NCBI RefSeq assembly: GCF_964204645.1 | Contig: NC_134031.1 | Coordinates: forward strand, 20,529,910 to 20,593,909 | From: Tubulanus polymorphus | Lineage: Eukaryota > Animalia > Nemertea | Direction: 5' to 3' | DNA: 64,000 nt | Shown: in pieces, positions 57,201 through 64,000 of the stretch | Layout of the letters: every line of letters begins with the position of its first letter | How positions within the stretch are numbered: position 1 is the stretch's first letter | Translations under genes and position numbers: made by a program | The notes under the pieces: model-generated | What the model was told of the DNA's origin: nothing | What the model saw: the letters and a program-made list of their open reading frames with translations, nothing else | The model's database searches: none

Positions 57201-60200
57201 CATGCAAAGTTGTATCGATGAAACCAGCCATTTTAATCATATTACTTGTGTACAAATTTTCATGCATCTGAATTTCATTGAGTTGATAAATCCTTTATGA
57301 TCAAATAACATATTATATATAAATTAAGGAAGTGCTGTAAATAAGATTTTTAAGCCAGCTAATTTTTTTGAGGATGTTGGGAAAATTTAACCTTAACCCA
57401 GTATGAAATTTGTTTTCAGTAGAACTGATATTTGACACTCTTGTGTTGACTGGTTTCTAATGTTTTTACAACGCACAAACAGTAAAGCCTAGAATAAATC
57501 TTTTTTTCAAAGACCTTTAAAGTGGTGGTAACATAATAGTTTAGAGATCGGGTTAGGTTTCATTTCGAACGAACTAGATCGGCATACCGTCACCTTTAAA
57601 AATACATTTCACTGCAGAAATTCAAGCCTGAATTCAAGAAATACGATGAGTATCATGTAATAATCCGATCTACTCTAACCTTTACTGATAGAAATACCAA
57701 TCATAAAAGTGCTGCAATCTTTTTTTGGCTCTAGAACTACGACGCATAACAGAATCATGGAACATAAATGAATCGAAGTATTAGGTGAGTTTCACCAGTA
57801 CATTGTAACATCAACGTTCCTCATTGATAAGATTCAAATACAGTATGACGATTGTAATGATTTTTGATCAATGATTTCGCAGAAAATTCTGAAAAGCGAC
57901 GCCGAGTTCGACCAAAATGATCGTGTTTTCCACGGTATTGAACGTCCTCACACATAGAAGCAAACAGAAATTCCACGGAGTAGCTAGCTAACTTGATGAC
58001 TTTTCTAAGATTTCATTGAGGTTTTTTGTAAATCATGTAACCATTGATGATCCCCTCTTATGCTTCAATAACTAAATAGTATACATGTACATGCATTTCA
58101 GCCATTTTGTGCGTAGAATATACTGTATTTGTTTGAGAGCTACCGTTTCATATCACAACAAAATTCTTTGTTTTTCTATTTGAGCACTTTCCATTTTATG
58201 TTTGTTTGAGTAAGACACCTGTAAGATCACGACCCTTGGAATTTATATTAAATCTAATCACAAAACGCAATGTCCGCGCTCCAATTTTAACTTAGAAGTC
58301 TAAAGTTCTTTTAAGATATCACTCAATTCCATATACAGAAGAACCTCATTACAATGAACTTGAGGGGAAATATGCCGATTATAACTGATAGTTCGTAATA
58401 TTTAGTGATGAAATCATTAGAATTTATGCATTTGGCACAAAATTCTAGTTTGACAATAGTGAATAAATTGTTATACTGGAGGATGTTGTAATGAGGTTTC
58501 ACTATACATTACATTATACTCTGTTACTATTCAGATATTTTTTTTTAGAGTAAGATATTCCACAAAACTTGTGCCTTTTGCTACGGTACATTACACTGTC
58601 TACTTACCAAAAACATTCACACATACAAATAACGCCTTTAAACTAATTTAATCTACAATAGTTAGGGTTCAATATTACAAGATTTTCAGATAATACATCC
58701 TTACAAAAATTACAAGCTGCACCCTCAAAATGGAGTCACAAACATAGTAGAAATCAAGGGTCAGTTGCAAAATGATTTTTAAACTTAGGTGATGACCGCG
58801 AAAGTGTACCGAAGAGATGCGTTTTTATTTGTAATATTGAACCCATTGAGTACATCATGCAGCAGCATTGCTTATTTTGAATGAAAATAGATCGAATTAA
58901 GGTAGAGACATCGATCAATCCAGTGACCTTGACCTTGAATTAATAGCGTAGCGCATTAGTCAAAATTTTGCATAAACGAACATTTCTTTAACGGCGCACG
59001 GACTTCTTGTGTCCTTGTACCCCATCAAACATTACATTTCGGTTACCCAATAAACGTCTTTGAAGCACTGATTTGTTAAGTTCAAGGTCACATTGGAAAG
59101 AATAGAATTAAGAGAAGAATGATGACGAGAGTGAGATATAGAGGCTTACCCATAATAACTTATCCACCATCTAGAAATAAAAGAAAAACAAAACACACGA
59201 AACATGACAACAACATCGACTAGTCGAATAATGATATCGCGCGATGACCAATCAGGATTGAGCTGACCAATCGAACTGACCAATCACGAGCGACGATGAC
59301 AGTGATTTGACCAATCAAGTGACGGATGGGTGTGGTGAGATTTTGATAAAAACAAGCGCAGTAATTGAGACAGTAGGAGAGAAAATCGAAACTGGTTGTT
59401 TTTAACAGAGAAATTCATGTTTCGATCGATATTATCGTCGAATTGGTTGTTTGAAAATGAAATATCAACTGAAGATAACGCAACGTGATATTTGATTCAA
59501 CTGAGTTTTAAATCGTTTCGAATTAGGTCTGGTTTCGTACAAATGAATCCTTAAAAAAAGTTTAAAAGAATAATTTCATGCCATAGTTGATGATAAAAGG
59601 GCACAATAGAGACCAAAATATTCCACATAATTTCACAATATTTCATAGAAAATAATAATTCATACATAGTACTAGAATTAAGCTGACTTGTTGCGTTTGA
59701 CTAATCTTAATAATGGGAAGGTAATAAAGAAAGTAAGGCCACAAGTAGAGTAAGGAGACGGTTTGTGACAAGGAGATGAAGAAATGAGTGAGTCAAAGAG
59801 TTCAATAACTTCGCAACACCACATAGTGACGAAAAATGATATTACAATGAATATTCTCTGAGAAAAAAACCAGCACAAAAATCACCACGTACACTGACCG
59901 AATCTACACATTAAAATACGGTAATTATATATTCAACTATCATTTCTAAACATTGATTTAAATATACCGGTAAATGTTGTATTCATTAGTAAGCGATTAC
60001 TTCTGTAAATAACTTATCGTAAGCTAAGATGTACGGAAACAGTACCGAGTGTAAGATGTACGGAAACAGTACCGAGTGTAAGATGTACGGAAACAGTACC
60101 GAGTGTAAGATGTACGGAAACAGTACCGAGTGTAAGATGTACGGATACAGTACCGAGTGTAAGATGTACGGATACAGTACCGAGTGTAAGATGTACGGAT

Positions 60201-63200
60201 ACAGTACCGAGTGTAAGATGTACGGATACAGTACCGAGTGTAAGATGTACGGATACAGTACCGAGTGTAAGATGTACGGATACAGTACCGAGTGTAAGAT
60301 GTACGGATACAGTACCGAGTGTAAGATGTACGGATACAGTACCGAGTGTAAGATGTACGGATACAGTACCGAGTGTAAGATGTACGGATACAGTACCGAG
60401 TGTAAGATCTACAGATACAGTACCGAGTGTAAGATGTACGGATACAGTACCGAGTGTAGACTATATGTATTTTTAGAGAAATGCGATGCGTTAGGTCGGC
60501 CTGTGTTAATGTATTCTATGGACATATTGATTGAACCCCTATTATTCCTGACCTGCAATTCTTGAATAGTTAACCCCTCATGACCAAACAGCTGCATTAA
60601 ATTCACTGCAGTTCAGGGGCTGGTTGCTCAAAAGTTGGTTAGAGTTAACCAGTGGATAGTTGATATGGTGACAATTGAAATCTCATTGCTACTACGGTAT
60701 TTAACGGCCGGTTATCTCTAACCAACTTTTGAGTAACTGGCCCCCAGAAGACAAAGAGTCAATTGTTCCAGGATCACATCCAGATTTAAGATTTAACTTA
60801 TTACCGGTAAGCGGGTTTGCCTATAAACCCAGCATAGAAATGCTGCTATTTGGTTTGCAGGGTTAAGATGTGTACGGTAGTTGGAATGGATATTCATAAA
60901 CAAAATGTATGACCAAGATTAGTAGTTGGTGTCATCATCAAATTATATGCGGCCATGCTTGTGTCGGTTCGGAATGGATGGGATTCAAAAATCAAATTTA
61001 ACAGAACGGTCGACAGGTTCCGTCGAGATGTTTGACCAAGCGCGGAGACCAACCAGTTCGATTTGAATTCGGTCTCCACAAATTATCGAGAAAATATCGG
61101 TTTATTTTCACATACCTTCGATTTGCACATTAGCATGACTCGATCCAGTAGAAAAATATACCTACAAATAAACGAAGAAATTCACGATTCAGATATTCAT
61201 CGGAGAAAACTGAGAAGGAAAAACAAAAACAGTTTTACAAGTTTGTTGCCAATGAGATATCTCATAGTTCTGGTTGCGACTGGTCACTACATGGGCGGGT
61301 ACTTCAGATATCCCGTTTTATTCTAGCCCGGGTTTTTCTAATTATAGTTTATCCACGAAATTTGCTTTAGCGATTATACAACGGGCAATCTCATTGGCAA
61401 GCCCGCTTATGTACCTTCGCACTGGGGCTAGTGTGGCTGGGTTTCGTACCATAGTGAGTCTCGATGCCATTGGGTTCCAATCCCTGCCTACTATTTGTAT
61501 TCCGACAATCAGAATGACACAAATCCTAATTGGCTGATACTTTAAACAAGCAGTTTCAGCCTTAATGCTTATTGGTCAATTCAGAACAATAGCTAAGTAA
61601 CAAATAGCTACTAACAATGGCAACCAAGAGATAACGACTAGGACCAAGTTCCACAGTTGAGAGTTAGAGTTAACTCTTGAGTTAAAATTACCGGGTAGTT
61701 CATTTTGAATGAGTTAACTCTGAGTCAAATCTTAACTCAGAACTGTGGAACTGGACCTATAAGTAGCAACTAATCACAGTGGCAGCAGCTTGTTTAAATA
61801 CTTCAATCAAATTACAAATTTCGATCAAAACAAACATCGAGATTATAAGATTTCTAATTGAAGTTACCGGTACCTAGTTCTTGACCGAGGATCGTCGTGT
61901 GATTTGACACGTAGCTCGCCGTCTTTCTGTAGTCGACCGTAGTCCCTCAACGACGTGTTCTCTGGCTGTATTCATAACAAAAACACACACACATACACTT
62001 TACATATACATACAAACGTACCAGTACATGTACAATAACAAATATATATCTGAAATACTTTTGAACCCTTCGTATTTATCTAATTAGTCCCTCAATCTAC
62101 TGGACATCACTCAGGACATTATTGGCAGGTTCAAGGATTGTTTTTCCCAATTGAAGCCAAGGGGTAGAGGCGAGAGAAGAATAGATCAGGATTATATGTA
62201 CCTGTTAAATTGTAGTAGTTTCACCTAAGATGAGAGTAATTTGACATGAAATATTAATCTGATTTTCTGAGTATTTTGATATTTTAGGGAGTAATTGAGG
62301 TAAAGAGTAGAAAATATGTAATCTCAAATAGAAGCCGTTGTCAAGTTTGGAAAAATGTTAGGCGTACTCAATGGCGCTACCAGGATTCAAACCTATGAAC
62401 CTTGGAATAATGAGACCAGTGAGTACGTGACAAAAAGTGAGTATGAACTGCTAGGGCCCTCAGAATCCAGTAATAAAAGTCAATAAAATCAGGGATGGAT
62501 TTTCATTTGCGAGGAATAGTCTCAAATATGCTGTTCAATGATAGTAGCAACCAAAATGAACGACGCACGTCTGAGGACTAATGGAATGGGACTTATTTGT
62601 GGGTGTTGTCAACCCATCTGAAGTCATACGACAGTTCAGAGTAGTCCTAAAAGAAATACCACATCAGGCAAATCTTATGTCAATAGAACTGGAAGAAAAC
62701 TTGGGATTTTTCTGAGGAAATATTTTAATAATGTCAACATTAACAAACCTCGTTTTAGTATTACGTACCCATGTGAGATCAATTATACTGAAAAAAATAT
62801 AAACAATAATATAATCTTCGACATTAATTTGTCATCAGTTAAACAGGTATCTACTGATCAGAGTGTTTCACAGTTAACGGTATAACGCACTTACCTGCTT
62901 TGAATTTCATTTAATAATTTCAACGATTCGTTGTCTCGTTTTACCTCATTTACATAAGTTGATAAATCCTAGAAAATAAACCATGTATTATAAACAGACC
63001 CGTAGCCAGGTACCGGGTACTTTCTGTAAGGAGCATTCATCAAATGTAGTAATAGTCAAGGTTCACTATTTCAACCTGAACATTACAGATCAATAGAGTA
63101 TATAATTCATTAATACGTATGACCTACGTGCATAGCATCAAGAGCCTTTTCAAGACCAGCCCTATCTTCATGGTCGCGGTCTGTTTGTTTTAATAATTCC

Positions 63201-63973
63201 TGTTCAAAGAAAAAGATTTCTAGGTTAGTGGCGCCGTTCTGATGATGAAAATCAAAATCGAAGAACTTTTCTCATATAGAAAGTTGATCCCTGAAAGTTA
63301 ATTTACTTTGAGCGTAATAAACTGACCTTTAATAATAGATGATATTTGAGTACTCGTTGCATTGGTACCGACAGCAGATCGCGTAGTCGAAATTTACCAT
63401 CATTCGCTTTCTTCTGACATTCCTGAAATCGCAACAAATCCAAAACCACATGAGACTCTTTATTATCTATTTACTTTTCGATTATGAATACAGGGCTAAT
63501 CCTAGAAAGTCCTTAATGACAAATTCTTACCATAATATGTGACTGATAGGTATCATTTTTGCCAATTTCGTCGATGTGAGCTTGTGCGTCTGGCAGGTGA
63601 CTACAAAAATCCCCGTATATCAATAACTTTTGTTTCCACTTCAAGAAACAGTCGCTGATTTTCGGTAATCCTATCGTGCAAGCTTTATATAGTTCACTAT
63701 GAAACCCTGTATGAATCTGTGCCAACTCCTGCAATGAAAAACAAACGTATTTATATTCATACCTCGATCCAAGTGGTGAACAAGTCAGTGACCATACTTA
63801 AGATTTTTTTCAAACTTTTTCATTTCCATGATCCTTGAAAACTCAGTAAGTAAACTTCGAATTTATCCAAATTCAACAGGTTGAATCTATGCTATATAAA
63901 CGTACCTCAACATGTCTGAAGATGACGTCACGATCTCCCTGTGGTATGATGCCCCTCAACGGTCTCATAAAAT
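48219..63973 (-). CDS. VAV: Vav-family Rho/Rac guanine nucleotide exchange factor, 3' part (5' end beyond the window)
   Basis: Exons give DH ([11 protein letters not shown]; [22 protein letters not shown]), PH ([11 protein letters not shown]; [13 protein letters not shown]; [13 protein letters not shown]), C1 (HDFVMHTF...[18 protein letters not shown]), SH3, SH2 (WFMGEMER...FLVRES...YAISIK...VKHIKV) and a C-terminal SH3 (YDFAA...GWWKG...IGYFPCTYV). The stop is at 48219. DH-PH-C1-SH3-SH2-SH3 is the Vav domain order. Confidence 0.93.
60025..60460. repeat. 27-bp minisatellite, 16 copies, in a Vav intron
   Basis: Unit aagatgtacgga(a/t)acagtaccgagtgt, with no spacers between copies. Confidence 0.97.
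60617..60744. mobile_element. PIF/Harbinger-like MITE
   Basis: ~30-bp TIRs gggctggttgctcaaaagttggttagag / ctctaaccaacttttgagtaactggccc, flanked by CAG on both sides. Confidence 0.75.
61641..61756. mobile_element. Palindromic MITE, family 1, second copy
   Basis: Aligns end to end with 673-784; flanked by CTA on both sides. Confidence 0.7.
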
Positions 63974-64000
63974 GCTGAAACGTAAACGACATTTTACTAC

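Noticed and set aside
60029-60565. 178-aa MYG(N/Y)STECK repeat ORF, or a CRISPR-like array
   Set aside because: It is a pure tandem repeat without spacers, antisense in a Vav intron. The ORF is a by-product of a stop-free 27-bp unit.

Overview
AT-rich, intron-containing eukaryotic DNA from an invertebrate animal. A bilaterian, probably lophotrochozoan, origin is my inference from gene content; the species cannot be fixed from the sequence. Gene order: intronless Delta-like DSL ligand (-); divergent Rab11-family GTPase (-); a cluster of four small three-exon secreted-peptide genes (-,+,-,+); PRPF4 (+) with a frameshifted intronless class-A GPCR nested antisense in an intron; ODAD3/CCDC151 (-) head-to-head with an ankyrin/SOCS-box gene (+); and the 3' part of a Vav GEF (-) that runs off the window. 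The main discovery is the 11.2-20.7 kb cluster, which the ORF track misses because the CDSs are spliced. It encodes signal + pro(KR/RR) + 38-40 aa six-cysteine peptides such as GVSCNC...GTYWVSGGPTSDCC...LGKCCY. These resemble sea-anemone beta-defensin-fold neurotoxins (anthopleurin/ATX-II, BDS, APETx) but have a rearranged CxC...CC...CC framework. An intron of one of these genes holds a near-perfect inverted repeat with 115-bp arms carrying a minimal hammerhead-ribozyme core of the Penelope-like-element type. Also seen: candidate mutually exclusive exons and micro-exons, PIF/Harbinger- and Tc1/mariner-like MITEs, and two minisatellites. All exon coordinates were read by hand.
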